64,000 nt of DNA, from contig JAIVGS010000189.1 of NCBI GenBank assembly GCA_020201435.1, positions 14,404-78,403 on the forward strand, in the 5' to 3' direction. A program made the translations under genes and the position numbers. Under the pieces are notes generated by a model, which worked only from the letters and a program-made list of their open reading frames with translations, had not been told where the DNA came from and did not search any database. This document shows, one piece after another, positions 1-11,205 of this stretch (position 1 is the first letter of the stretch; every line of letters starts with the position of its first letter). The DNA is from Myxococcales bacterium. GTDB lineage: Bacteria > Myxococcota > Myxococcia > Myxococcales > 40CM-4-68-19.

Positions 1-120
1 CGGCAGGATCTGCCGGTCCATTCACCGCGACCGCGAGCCGCACCGAATCCTGGGCGCTGACCGCGCTGGTGGCGGTGAAGCGCTAGTACTGCGGCCGGGT
101 TCGGGCGTACGTAGTGCGGC

Positions 121-1215
121 ATGATCGCGCCGCTCACGATCGCCGTGCCCGACGAAGTGCTCTCGGACCTGCGGGCGCGGATTCGCAATACGCGCTGGCC
201 GCCGCCGGCGCCCGGCGTCCCGTGGGAGCAAGGCGCGGATGTCGAGTACTTGAAGGCGCTCCTCGACGACTGGGCGGCGTTCGACTGGCGCGCCCGCGAG
301 CGTGAGCTGAACCGGTTTCATCACTTTCGCGCCGAGATCGATTCGGTCTCGATCCATTTCGTCCATGCGCGTGCCCGCGGCGGCCACGGGATTCCGTTGC
401 TCCTCCAGCACGGCTGGCCGAGCGCGTTCGTGGAATATCTCCCGCTCGTTCCGCTGCTGGCCGAATTCGACCTCGTCATCCCGTCGCTGCCCGGATACGG
501 ATTCTCGCAGCGGCCACCGCGCGCCAACTACCGTTCGGTCGCGGCGCTGTGGCACGAGCTCATGTCCGAGCTCGGCTACACCCGCTACGGGGCCGGCGGC
601 GGAGATTTCGGCGCCGGCGTCGCGACGCTGCTCGCGATCGACCACCCTGAATCGGTGATCGGCGTCCACCTGAGCAATCTCGAGATCATGCCCGAGATCG
701 TCTCGCCGCCCAGCGAAGCCGAGCGGGTCTACCTCGCGCAAAAGCAGCGCTGGGACGAGGTCGAGCGGGGCTACAGCGCGATCCAGTCGACCCGGCCGCA
801 GACGGTCGGTTTCGGGCTGACCGATTCTCCCGCCGGCCTCGCGGCATATCTCGTCGAGAAGTGGCGTTCGTGGACCGACAGCGGCGGCAATCCCGACCGC
901 GTCGGCCGGGAGTTCCTGCTCACGCTCCTGACCATCTACTGGTGCACGCGATCGATCACGACCTCGATGCGCGACTATTTCGACAACCGCTGGCACGGCG
1001 TGAAGCTCGCGGCGGGTGACCGAGTGCGCGTCCCGACCGCGATCGCGAGCTTCGACCACCAGTTCGCGTTCGAGGGTTCGCCGCCGCGCGAGTTCGCCGA
1101 GCGGCTTTACGACATCGAGCGCTGGACCGAGATGGCCCGCGGCGGGCATTTCGCGCCCATCGAGGAGCCCGAGCTCCTCGCGCGCGACATCTCGGCGTTT
1201 TTCGGCGGCCGCTAG
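121..1215 (+). CDS. epoxide hydrolase-family alpha/beta hydrolase
   Basis: 364-aa ORF. N-terminal epoxide-hydrolase-type region 'FHHFRAEIDSVSIHFVH', 'HGWP' oxyanion motif and 'GGGDFGA' nucleophile elbow. Strong G/C-ending codon bias. Confidence 0.8.
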   Translation: MIAPLTIAVPDEVLSDLRARIRNTRWPPPAPGVPWEQGADVEYLKALLDDWAAFDWRARERELNRFHHFRAEIDSVSIHFVHARARGGHGIPLLLQHGWPSAFVEYLPLVPLLAEFDLVIPSLPGYGFSQRPPRANYRSVAALWHELMSELGYTRYGAGGGDFGAGVATLLAIDHPESVIGVHLSNLEIMPEIVSPPSEAERVYLAQKQRWDEVERGYSAIQSTRPQTVGFGLTDSPAGLAAYLVEKWRSWTDSGGNPDRVGREFLLTLLTIYWCTRSITTSMRDYFDNRWHGVKLAAGDRVRVPTAIASFDHQFAFEGSPPREFAERLYDIERWTEMARGGHFAPIEEPELLARDISAFFGGR

Positions 1216-1289
1216 CGAGTGTCGGCAGGGGAGCGCTTGTCCCGCGGTCGGCCTGCGATTTCACGGCGAGTGGAGTAGCCTCGGCGCCC

Positions 1290-2744
1290 ATGAGCGAACA
1301 GCGCGTAACCACGGGCATTTCCGGACTCGACGACATCCTCGCCGGCGGCCTCCCCGCGCGGCGGCTCCACCTCGTGCAAGGCGACCCCGGCGCGGGGAAG
1401 ACCACCATCGGACTCCAGTTCCTGCTCGAGGGCGTGCGGCGCGGAGAGCGCGGCCTTTACATCACGCTCTCCGAGACCCGCGAGGAGCTCACCGAGGTCG
1501 CTGCCTCGCACGGCTTCGACATCTCGAAACTGGCCCTCTTCGAGCTCGCCTCGACCGGGGCGCGGCTCGACATCGAGGAACAGAACACGCTCTTCGAGCC
1601 GTCCGAAGTCGAGCTCGCCGAGCTGACCCGCGCGCTGCTCGCCCAGATCGACGACGTGAGGCCGAAACGGGTGGTGTTCGACTCGCTGTCGGAGATGCGG
1701 CTGCTCGCCCAGAGCCCTCTTCGCTACCGTCGGCAAGTGCTCTCGCTCAAGCAGCACCTCGCCGAGCGCGGCTGTACCGTACTGATGCTCGACGACCAGA
1801 CCAGTGAGGTCGGGGACCTGCATCTCCAATCGCTGGCCCACGGCGTGATCGTCCTCCAGCACCTCTCGCCGCTCTACGGGGCCGAGCGGCGCCGGTTGCG
1901 GGTGGTCAAGATGCGCGGCGTCGCGGTCCGCGGCGGCTTCCACGACTTCCGCATCCGTTCCGGCGGCGTGCAGGTCTTTCCCCGGCTGGTGGCCGCCGAG
2001 CACCACGATACGTTCCCCGCCGGGTTGATCGAGAGCGGCCTGCAGCCGCTCGACGAGTTGCTCGGAGGCGGTCTCGACCGCGGGACCAGCGCGCTGTTCA
2101 TGGGGCCGGCAGGCACCGGAAAGTCGGCGCTCGCGATGCACTTCGCCGTCTCCGCGACCCGTCGCAACGAGGCCGCCGCGGTCTACGCGTTCGACGAGGG
2201 CCTCTACACGCTGGGGCTCCGCTGCGCCGCGCTGGGCATCGACCTCAAGGGGCCGATCGCCTCGGGCAAGCTGCGGATCCGGCAGGTCAATCCGGCCGAG
2301 CTGTCGCCGGGCGAGTTCGTCGCCCAGGTGTGCTCCGACGTGGAGCGCAACGGGGCCAAGGTCGTCGTCATCGACAGCCTCAACGGCTACATGACGGCGA
2401 TGCCGGAGGAGCAGTTCCTCACCATCCAGATGCACGAGCTGCTCACCTTTCTCCGCCAGCGTGGAGTGGTGATCATCCTGGTGGTGGCGCAGCAGGGTCT
2501 GATCGGCTCGATGAGCACGCCGGTCGAAGTGAGCTATCTCGCCGACACGGTCGTCCTCCTGCGCTTCTTCGAGACGGCCGGCGCGGTGCGCAAGGCGATC
2601 TCGGTGCTGAAGCGGCGCAGCGGCCGCCACGGCTCGAAGATCCACGAGCTCTCGATGGACGCGAACGGCATCCGGGTCGGTGCCGCCCTCGACAAGTTCG
2701 TCGGTGTCCTGACCGGTGTGCCTCACCCGGCGGCGGCTCCGTGA
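1290..2744 (+). CDS. KaiC-like double RecA-fold ATPase
   Basis: 484 aa with two KaiC/RecA-type halves, each carrying a Walker A motif (GDPGAGKTT; GPAGTGKSA). 'GISGLDDILAGGLP' N-terminus. Stop overlaps the next start (GTGA at 2741-2744). Confidence 0.8.
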   Translation: MSEQRVTTGISGLDDILAGGLPARRLHLVQGDPGAGKTTIGLQFLLEGVRRGERGLYITLSETREELTEVAASHGFDISKLALFELASTGARLDIEEQNTLFEPSEVELAELTRALLAQIDDVRPKRVVFDSLSEMRLLAQSPLRYRRQVLSLKQHLAERGCTVLMLDDQTSEVGDLHLQSLAHGVIVLQHLSPLYGAERRRLRVVKMRGVAVRGGFHDFRIRSGGVQVFPRLVAAEHHDTFPAGLIESGLQPLDELLGGGLDRGTSALFMGPAGTGKSALAMHFAVSATRRNEAAAVYAFDEGLYTLGLRCAALGIDLKGPIASGKLRIRQVNPAELSPGEFVAQVCSDVERNGAKVVVIDSLNGYMTAMPEEQFLTIQMHELLTFLRQRGVVIILVVAQQGLIGSMSTPVEVSYLADTVVLLRFFETAGAVRKAISVLKRRSGRHGSKIHELSMDANGIRVGAALDKFVGVLTGVPHPAAAP

Positions 2745-4231
2745 ACCTGGAGGACCGCATCCTGATCTTCGCGCCGGTCGGCCGCGACGGGCCGCTGGCG
2801 CTGACGGCGATCGAGGGAGCCGGGATGGAAGCGCAGCTGTGCCGCAACATGGGCGAGGTTTGCGAAGAGATCGCGGCTGGCGCGGGCGCGGCGCTGCTCA
2901 CCCAGGAGGCGCTCGATTCGGGCGGAGCGATCCAGCTCGCCGAGACGCTCGACGGCGAGCCTCCGTGGTCGGACTTTCCGGTCGTGCTCTGCGCCGGGAC
3001 GCTTCTGCCGGAGCTCGGGCGGCTGGCGAACTTCACCGTGCTCGAGCGGCCGGTGCGGATGCGCACGCTGCTCAGTACGCTGCGGTCGGCCCTGCGGTCG
3101 CGGCGCCGCCAGTACCATGCGCGGGCGATGATGGAAGAGCTGCGACAGTCGGTCCGCGACCGCGACCAGTTCCTCGCCATGCTCGGGCACGAGCTGCGCA
3201 ACCCGATCGCGGCGGTGCTGATCGCGAGCGAGGTCATGGAGCGCAGGGGTGGACAGGCCTTGGCGCAGGAGCGGCAGATCATCGCCCGGCAGGCGCGCCA
3301 GCTGGGCCGGCTGGTAGACGATCTGCTCGACGTCGCCCGGGTCACCTCGAACAAGATCACGCTGCGGCGTGCGCCGGTCGACCTCGAAGGGCTGCTGCGC
3401 CGTGCGCTTCCGCAGTGGGAAGCGCAGGCGGCCGAGCGCCGCCTGGCGCTGTCGCTTCGGATCGACTCGCCGGCGCGGGTGATGGGCGACTCGCTCCGCC
3501 TCGACCAGGTGCTGACCAACCTGGTGGGCAACGCCTTCAAGTACACGCCGGCCGGCGGTCGCGTCGAGATCTCGCTCGCAACAGGCCAGGCCGAGGCGCG
3601 GCTGCGCGTGACCGACACCGGGATCGGCATCGAGCCGCGGATGCTGCAACGGATCTTCGACCTGTTCATCCAGGCGGAGGGCGCGCTCGACCGTGCGCAG
3701 GGGGGCATGGGGATCGGCCTCACCGTGGCGAGGCGGCTGGTGGAGCTCCACGGAGGCACGCTCAGCGCCGCCAGCGAAGGCGCGGGTCGCGGCAGCACGT
3801 TCGAGATCCGCCTTCCCCTTTTCGTTGGCGTGGCGGATTCGCCGGCGCTGCCCGCCGCCACGGCCCCATCGCGGCGGCGGGTGCTGGTGGTCGAGGACAA
3901 CCCCGATACGCGCGAGGTGCTCCAGCTCGCCCTCGAACAGGCCGGCCACGAGGTCGTCGTTTCACCGGACGGCGCCGACGCTCTCGACCGCGCCCGCAGG
4001 CACCAGCCGGAGGTGATGCTGATCGACATCGGACTGCCGGGCGGCGACGGCTACGCTCTCGCCCGCGAATTGCGCAGCGTGTTGGGCGGGGGACCGATCC
4101 TGATCGCGCTCACCGGCTACGGCCAGGCCGACGATCGCCGCCGCGCGCTGGAGGCGGGGTTCGACTTCCACTTCACCAAGCCGGTCGATCTCGAAACGTT
4201 GCAGGACGCGATCGCTTCGCGCCGGAGCTAG
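2741..4231 (+). CDS. hybrid sensor histidine kinase (pseudo-receiver N-terminus, HisKA/HATPase core, C-terminal receiver)
   Basis: Start re-set to GTG 2741, in frame with track ORF 2330..4231. H-box 'HELRNPI', N/G boxes 'GNAFKYTP', 'DTGIGI', 'GGMGIGL'. Receiver 'VLVVEDNPD...MLIDIGLPGGDG...TKP'. Confidence 0.85.
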   Translation: MNLEDRILIFAPVGRDGPLALTAIEGAGMEAQLCRNMGEVCEEIAAGAGAALLTQEALDSGGAIQLAETLDGEPPWSDFPVVLCAGTLLPELGRLANFTVLERPVRMRTLLSTLRSALRSRRRQYHARAMMEELRQSVRDRDQFLAMLGHELRNPIAAVLIASEVMERRGGQALAQERQIIARQARQLGRLVDDLLDVARVTSNKITLRRAPVDLEGLLRRALPQWEAQAAERRLALSLRIDSPARVMGDSLRLDQVLTNLVGNAFKYTPAGGRVEISLATGQAEARLRVTDTGIGIEPRMLQRIFDLFIQAEGALDRAQGGMGIGLTVARRLVELHGGTLSAASEGAGRGSTFEIRLPLFVGVADSPALPAATAPSRRRVLVVEDNPDTREVLQLALEQAGHEVVVSPDGADALDRARRHQPEVMLIDIGLPGGDGYALARELRSVLGGGPILIALTGYGQADDRRRALEAGFDFHFTKPVDLETLQDAIASRRS

Positions 4232-4665
4232 CGCTGGTGCGCCTTGCGGGTGCGTGCGGCCTTGCGCGCTGCCGCCTTGCGCGCTGCCTTCGGCCGGCGG
4301 CGAGCGGCCGAGCGGGCCTGCCGCGACAGCGCCGCGCGCGACGCCGTGCGGTGAGGCTCGCGCTCGAGCGCCCGTTCGACTGCGCGCGATCTGCGCGGCG
4401 ACGGCCGCTTGTGGCTGTGAGACTTCGACAGATCGCGGCGAGCCTGCCGGCGGCTGCTCCGCGAGCCCCCCGGCGGCAGCTTCACGCCGGCGCGGCGGGC
4501 CTTGGACAGCCCGATCGCGATCGCCTGTTTCGTCGAGCGCGCGCCGTGCTTCCCGTGGCGGATGTGCTCGATCTCTTCGCGGACGAACTCGCCCGCCTGC
4601 GTCGAGGGCGACTTGCCTTGCGCCTTGTCGCGGCGAGCGCGCTCCAGTGTCTCTTTGTCTGGCAT
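4228..4665 (-). CDS. small basic protein, DUF6496-like N-terminus with Lys/Arg/Ala-rich tail
   Basis: 145 aa. 'KSPSTQAGEFVREEIEHIRHGKHGARSTKQAIAIGLSKARRAGVKLP' matches my memory of the DUF6496 family. The C-terminal half is histone-H1-like low complexity. Confidence 0.6.
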   Translation of the reverse strand: MPDKETLERARRDKAQGKSPSTQAGEFVREEIEHIRHGKHGARSTKQAIAIGLSKARRAGVKLPPGGSRSSRRQARRDLSKSHSHKRPSPRRSRAVERALEREPHRTASRAALSRQARSAARRRPKAARKAAARKAARTRKAHQR

Positions 4666-4678
4666 GGGGCGAAGCTAT

Positions 4679-5662
4679 TCATCCCGCCAGCCGTTGCACG
4701 AGCCAGAACGCGCCGAGCACCGCGACGATCGCCGACAGCGGCGCGGCGAATCGGTGCAGACGGCGAACCAGCGGCAGCGCGATCACCACGATGCAAACCT
4801 GTCCGACCTCGACGCCGAGGTTGAAGGAGACGAGCCCGGTGGCGAGGACGTTGCGCGGCAGGTCGAGCCCGCGCAGCACCGAGGCGAACCCGAACCCGTG
4901 CACGAGGCCGAAGCCGAGCGTGACCATCCAGCGGTGGCGCAGCGCCTTCTCGGCCGCGCGCTTGCGAAGCGCCCAGAGATTCTCGACGCCGATGAAGACG
5001 ATGCTGGCCGCGATCAGCGGCTCGACCACGCGCGGCGAGGGCGCGAAGACGTTCAGCGCGGCGAGGGCGAGAGTGATCGAGTGCGCGACGGTGAAAGCGG
5101 TGACGATCTTGACCAGCTCGCCGAGCCGGCCGCCGAGAAGCAATAGGCCGATCAGGAACGCGATGTGATCGTAGCCGGTGAAGATGTGCTCGATGCCGAG
5201 GCGCAAGAAGCGCCAGAACTCCTCGCCCACGCTGCGGCTGCGGCGGGCTTCGAAGGTCGGTTCCTCCACCTGCACCGCGCGCTGCGAGATCTCGTCCGGC
5301 CCGAAGCCGATGCGCGAGAGGTGCGTGGCGCCGATCGGAAACCAGTCGAGGAACTCGACGCGGACGCTGACTTCCTCGATCTCGGCCGGGCAGATCCAGG
5401 ATGCCTTGATCGAAATCCCGTCTTCTCCGTCGGGAGCCGCCCTCGCCCCCGGCTGCAGCGCGCAAGGCTGACCGGACGACTTCACCACGTATGAATCGAG
5501 AAGCACTCCGGCCGGCTGGTTGCGCACGTCGGCCAGCGCGAATCGCAATTCGCCCGTGATCTCGCGACCATGGACGTCGAGCTCGCTGTAGGAGACGGTC
5601 GCCTGATGTGCGACAGCCGCGATCGGCAGCAGCGCCGTCGCGAGCAGGGCCTCAGTGCGCAA
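4679..5662 (-). CDS. HupE/UreJ-family membrane protein
   Basis: 327 aa. Signal peptide, then 'GYDHIAFLIGLLLLG...FTVAHSITLALAAL...HGFGFA', typical of HupE/UreJ_2. Confidence 0.7.
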   Translation of the reverse strand: MRTEALLATALLPIAAVAHQATVSYSELDVHGREITGELRFALADVRNQPAGVLLDSYVVKSSGQPCALQPGARAAPDGEDGISIKASWICPAEIEEVSVRVEFLDWFPIGATHLSRIGFGPDEISQRAVQVEEPTFEARRSRSVGEEFWRFLRLGIEHIFTGYDHIAFLIGLLLLGGRLGELVKIVTAFTVAHSITLALAALNVFAPSPRVVEPLIAASIVFIGVENLWALRKRAAEKALRHRWMVTLGFGLVHGFGFASVLRGLDLPRNVLATGLVSFNLGVEVGQVCIVVIALPLVRRLHRFAAPLSAIVAVLGAFWLVQRLAG

Positions 5663-6194
5663 GCGGAAGGACGCCGGCGAGGAGGCGGTTGTTGCCGTCG
5701 TCGCGGCCGCGGCCGGGCGTGTTCAGCGTCAGCCGGTTGTCGCCCTGCGTGTAGAAGCCGAGAAAGAGGAACAGCGGATTGTGCCCGGGGATGAACCAGA
5801 ACGAATCCGCGATCACGTCACCGGGCTTCCACGCGTCGGTCGGGAAGCGGCCGCCGGCGGGATCGTGCTCCGCGTGGATGCGCTCGCCGGTCCCGGTCGC
5901 GTCGTCGAGGTGGACGAAGATGTGCCACGCCTCCATCTCGGCCTTGCATCGCCAGTAGAGGGTCAGCTTCGATCGCTGCCCGGGGACCAGCGAGGGCGGC
6001 TCGAGCTTGTACGCGACCAGCTCGGCGGAGTTGCCGAACAGCGCTCCGACCGGCGTCGCGTCGGCCGGCGGCGGGACCAGCACGTCCCGCAGCGCCGAGC
6101 GATCGACCTGCGCCCGCGCCGCCGGCGGGCCCTCCTCGAACGGCCGTTCGATGCAGGCAGCGCAAAGGACCACGAAAATGCCCAATCGTCGCAC
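5652..6194 (-). CDS. putative lipoprotein (domain resembling the C-terminal domain of family-39 glycosyltransferases)
   Basis: Track ORF 5652..6239. I prefer GTG 6194, which gives 'VRRLGIFVVLCAAC' (signal plus lipobox-like Cys). 'LTLYWRC...WHIFVHLDD...FPTDAWKPGDVIAD' pattern. Confidence 0.55.
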   Translation of the reverse strand: MRRLGIFVVLCAACIERPFEEGPPAARAQVDRSALRDVLVPPPADATPVGALFGNSAELVAYKLEPPSLVPGQRSKLTLYWRCKAEMEAWHIFVHLDDATGTGERIHAEHDPAGGRFPTDAWKPGDVIADSFWFIPGHNPLFLFLGFYTQGDNRLTLNTPGRGRDDGNNRLLAGVLPLAH

Positions 6195-6247
6195 GGGCGC
6201 ATAGTAGCAGTTGCGCAAGCCGCCAGCCGCAGGCCGCAAGCCGTGCT

Positions 6248-6673
6248 ATGTCGGCGAAAGTGGAACCGCTCGGCGCCTGGGAGCCGTACGTCGCGCATTC
6301 GCTGGCGCTCGGCATCGGCGTGCTGGCGGTGCTGGCGGCGGCGGTGCTGCTCGAGCTGTCGCGCACGCTCGCCGAGACCTACCGCGGCCGGTGGTTCGCG
6401 GGGAACGGCCGCGACGTCTTTCACGTCGGCGCGGCGGGCGTGCTCGCGGCGGCGCTCTTCGTCAACGGTCTGCCGCCCGCGCTCGCGTGCCTGGTCGCCG
6501 CGTCGCTGCTCCTGCTGCCGCTGGTGGTCCTCGATTCGCTTCCGCCGCGCCGTCCGGTGCGCCTCGCGCTGCTGCTCGCGCTGGTCGGCCTCGCCGCGGC
6601 GCCGCCGCTGATCGAGCCGCGGTCGATCGTCGGGACCGCGAACCTCGTCGCCCGCTACCTCTTTCCTCACTGA
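6248..6673 (+). CDS. hypothetical integral membrane protein
   Basis: 141 aa with about 4 hydrophobic helices and good GC3 bias. No recognisable motif. Confidence 0.5.
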   Translation: MSAKVEPLGAWEPYVAHSLALGIGVLAVLAAAVLLELSRTLAETYRGRWFAGNGRDVFHVGAAGVLAAALFVNGLPPALACLVAASLLLLPLVVLDSLPPRRPVRLALLLALVGLAAAPPLIEPRSIVGTANLVARYLFPH

Positions 6674-6918
6674 AGCAGCGGGTCGAGCTCGCCGCGCTCC
6701 TCGAGCGCGTAGAGATCGTCCGAGCCGCCGACGTGCTTCTCGCCGATGAAGATCTGCGGCACCGTCCGGCGGCCGGTTCGCTCCATGAGATTCATCCGCG
6801 CCTCGTCGTCGCCGGCGATGTCGATCTCCTCGTAGGGGACTTTCTTCCGCTCCAGGAGGCGCTTGGCGCGAACGCAGAAAGCGCAATACGGCGTGGTGTA
6901 GATTTTGACGGGCTTCAT
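6667..6918 (-). CDS. grxC: glutaredoxin (Grx3-like)
   Basis: 83 aa. 'KIYTTPYCAFCVRAKRLL...TVPQIFIGEKHVGGSDDL'. The active site reads CAFC rather than CPYC. Confidence 0.8.
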   Translation of the reverse strand: MKPVKIYTTPYCAFCVRAKRLLERKKVPYEEIDIAGDDEARMNLMERTGRRTVPQIFIGEKHVGGSDDLYALEERGELDPLLQ

Positions 6919-6927
6919 CCGTTGAAT

Positions 6928-7758
6928 CTAGAAACTCCGCGACTGCCCGCCATCGACGGTGACGCAGCAGCCGGCCATCCAGCTCGCTCGTGGGCTGAGC
7001 AGGAAGGCGATCACGTCGCCGATCTCTTCGGCGGTGCCGAAGCGGCCGAAGGGGATCTCCCGTTGCACGAACGCGACGGTGGTCGCCGGGTCGTTTTTCA
7101 GCCTGCGCTCCCACGAACCGCCCGGGTGCAGGATGCTGCCCGGTGCGAGGCTCAGAACGCGCACGCCGCGGGGAGCCAGCTCTCGCGCCTGCTCGTGGGC
7201 CAGCGCGATGAGCGCCGCCTTGGCCGTGTTATAGGCGAGCGGCCCGCCGCCCTCGCGTCCCCAGATGCTGGCGACGTGAAGGACGACGCTGGCGTCGCGC
7301 ACGGCCTGCGGCTCCTGCATCGCGGGAACCGGCTCTGAGAAGCCGCGCCGTGCGGCGCTGGCGATCAAATGAGGCAGCGCGTATCGGCTCGCGCGGATGG
7401 CCGGCCACAGGTTGCGCTCGTAGGCCGCTTCCCAATCCGCGCCAGAAAGCTCAGCCGTTCCGCCAGGTTGCGAGCCGCCAACGAGCGTGACCAGCGCGTC
7501 GAGCCCGCCGAACTCGGCGGCGGTCGCCTCGATCGCTTTTTTCAGGGAGGCCGGATCGGTCGCATCCGCCGCGATCCCGATCGTTTTTTCCGCGCCTGCC
7601 TTCAAGCATTCCGACGCTTTCGCTTCGACCGCCGCAGCCGTCCGCGCGACCACCGCGACCTTCGCTTTCTCCCGCGCCAGAGCAACGGCCGCCGCGCCAC
7701 CCAGCCCACGCCCCGCGCCGATGAGCAGGACCGATCTTCCGGCGAGTTGCAAGTCCAT
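6928..7758 (-). CDS. SDR-family oxidoreductase
   Basis: 276 aa. Gly-rich NAD(P) motif 'LIGAGRGLGGA', catalytic 'YNTAKAAL' (YxxxK), C-terminal 'VTVDGG'. Confidence 0.8.
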   Translation of the reverse strand: MDLQLAGRSVLLIGAGRGLGGAAAVALAREKAKVAVVARTAAAVEAKASECLKAGAEKTIGIAADATDPASLKKAIEATAAEFGGLDALVTLVGGSQPGGTAELSGADWEAAYERNLWPAIRASRYALPHLIASAARRGFSEPVPAMQEPQAVRDASVVLHVASIWGREGGGPLAYNTAKAALIALAHEQARELAPRGVRVLSLAPGSILHPGGSWERRLKNDPATTVAFVQREIPFGRFGTAEEIGDVIAFLLSPRASWMAGCCVTVDGGQSRSF

Positions 7759-7770
7759 GGAGCGACAGTA

Positions 7771-7809
7771 CCAAAATGCAAAGGCCCGCCGGTTTCCCCG
7801 ACGGGCCTT
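7771..7809 (-). terminator. intrinsic terminator downstream of groEL
   Basis: Minus strand reads AAGGCCCG-13 nt loop-CGGGCCTT, followed by TGCATTTTGG. It sits 38 nt after the groEL stop. Confidence 0.6.
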
Positions 7810-7846
7810 CGCTGAACGAACCGGTAGCCGGCAGCCGGTGGCCTGA

Positions 7847-9774
<1,928 letters not shown>

Positions 9775-9796
9775 GGTCTTTCTCTCCTTAGAGGTG

Positions 9797-9823
9797 TTGG
9801 CACTCAGCACAGGTGAGTGCCAA
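9797..9823. promoter_or_regulatory. CIRCE operator (HrcA binding site)
   Basis: TTGGCACTC-N9-GAGTGCCAA, a perfect 9-bp inverted repeat. Consensus is TTAGCACTC-N9-GAGTGCTAA. Located between the promoter and the groES start. Confidence 0.9.
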
Positions 9824-9832
9824 GGCGGGCGC

Positions 9833-9860
9833 AATGTAACCGGCTGGAAACCCATGTCAA
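9833..9860 (-). promoter_or_regulatory. sigma70-like groESL promoter
   Basis: Minus strand TTGACA (9860-9855) -N16- TACATT (9838-9833). CIRCE begins 9 nt downstream. Confidence 0.6.
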
Positions 9861-9909
9861 GGGGGTCGGCAACTTGCGGACCGGCCGGTCTAACGTACTA
9901 TTTTGAAGC

Positions 9910-10506
9910 ATGACCGACGACCCGGTTCTGTCGCCGCAGTCATTACGGGAGTTCTTTCGCGACCTCCTTCAGCGCGCTTTGGAGAACCAGCGCGCGCAGG
10001 TCCAGCCGTTCACCGAGCTCTACCTCGTGAACCTGCTGCACGAATTCCTCCTCTCCGAGGCGCTCTACGTGCAGGCAGACGACGGCACCTGGCAGCAGAA
10101 GCCGCTTGCCTTCCTGCTCAAGGAGGCGCTGGAGGAGGCGGGACCGTCCCGGGTGCATCTGCTGAGACGGCTGGGCGACACGTCGCTGTTCGTCTCCGGC
10201 TTTTTCCCTGATTCGCTCGCGCGCAGGTCGTCGCTGGTCGACGTCGACTACTACATCGCGATGGGCGGGCGGGCGTACGACGCGGTCGGCGTCCTCGGCG
10301 GCCACCGCGACCTCTGGGCGGAGCTGTCGTCGCGGTTCCGGCTTCTCGTCGACCTCCTGAACGAAGTGAGCGAGCGTACCCAGGCGTCGACCAACGCCGG
10401 CCTGGTCCGCCTTTACGAGCGTTGGAAGAAGACCGGGTCGGAGCGGCTCGCCTCGCTCCTCGTCCGACAGGGCGTGACGCTCTCGCTCAAGGGCTTCGTC
10501 CAGTGA
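9910..10506 (+). CDS. hypothetical protein
   Basis: 198 aa with good GC3 bias. Stop overlaps the next start (GTGA at 10503). No motif recognised. Confidence 0.55.
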   Translation: MTDDPVLSPQSLREFFRDLLQRALENQRAQVQPFTELYLVNLLHEFLLSEALYVQADDGTWQQKPLAFLLKEALEEAGPSRVHLLRRLGDTSLFVSGFFPDSLARRSSLVDVDYYIAMGGRAYDAVGVLGGHRDLWAELSSRFRLLVDLLNEVSERTQASTNAGLVRLYERWKKTGSERLASLLVRQGVTLSLKGFVQ

Positions 10507-11150
10507 GCGAACGCGCGCTGCTCGGGCTCGCGCAATTGCAGCGGTTGTTGTCGTCGGTGCACGGGGTTTCGGCCGCGCCGGTCGCCGAGTTCCTCGTCGA
10601 TCGCACGCCGTTCCCGGCGCCGGAAGCGTTGCTCATCTCGGAGCACGGCTCCGAGCTGCGCGTCGGACTTTTCCTGGAAGACTCGGTACTTGCGCAGCTG
10701 TCCCGCTCGGCTTCCGAGCCCTGGACGCACGAGCGGCTCTCCGGTTTCTGCGCGGCTGCCGAGGGCGTTTCGCACTTTTTGTACATTTCGCACCGAGCCG
10801 GAGAGGGTAGGCAGGTCTCCCACCTCGAGCTGGAGGCGCAAGCCGAGCTCGACAAGTACCTCGCGGTCCTGTTGCAGCTCTGGGCGACCGGCCGCCGCGC
10901 GGCTTCGCCCGCGCTTCGCCATCGTCTCTTCGATCGCTGGTCGCCGCGACCGGGGTTGAGCGGAGCCGAACGCGATCGGTATCGTCTCGCGAGCGCCCTG
11001 GCGGCAGCGTGTGCGCGCGCTCTGGAAGCCCGGTACGTGATCGCCGGCCGGCTGGAGGCGCTCCTGCGCGACGTTCGCCGCCTGTACCGTCTGTCGGGCG
11101 GCGAGAAGTTCTCCGCCCTCGCCGAGGGCGCGGTGGCCTGGGCGGCCTGA
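10503..11150 (+). CDS. hypothetical protein
   Basis: Start re-set to GTG 10503, in frame with track ORF 10422..11150. 215 aa. Translationally coupled to the upstream gene. Confidence 0.5.
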   Translation: MSERALLGLAQLQRLLSSVHGVSAAPVAEFLVDRTPFPAPEALLISEHGSELRVGLFLEDSVLAQLSRSASEPWTHERLSGFCAAAEGVSHFLYISHRAGEGRQVSHLELEAQAELDKYLAVLLQLWATGRRAASPALRHRLFDRWSPRPGLSGAERDRYRLASALAAACARALEARYVIAGRLEALLRDVRRLYRLSGGEKFSALAEGAVAWAA

Positions 11151-11205
11151 CTTGCCTTGAGGCGGTGTCGAGGGCAAAGTCGGGCTCGTTCTTTGGGGGA
11201 GCCCG

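Noticed and set aside
3-86. Possible 3' end of an upstream plus-strand gene ('...ESWALTALVAVKR*', TAG at 84-86).
   Set aside because: Only 27 codons are visible, with mixed codon bias and no motif. That is insufficient to call a feature.
22-2726. Long minus-strand ORFs (22..1149, 375 aa; 1212..2726, 504 aa) opposite the epoxide hydrolase and KaiC-like genes.
   Set aside because: Their translations are Arg/Gly/Asp/Glu/Pro-rich low-information strings typical of the antisense frame of high-GC genes. The plus-strand partners carry clear catalytic motifs. The same reasoning rejects 7862..9913 (+, opposite groEL/groES), 2473..4029, 12193..13581, 39720..42614, 45951..48563, 48588..50468 and many similar track entries.
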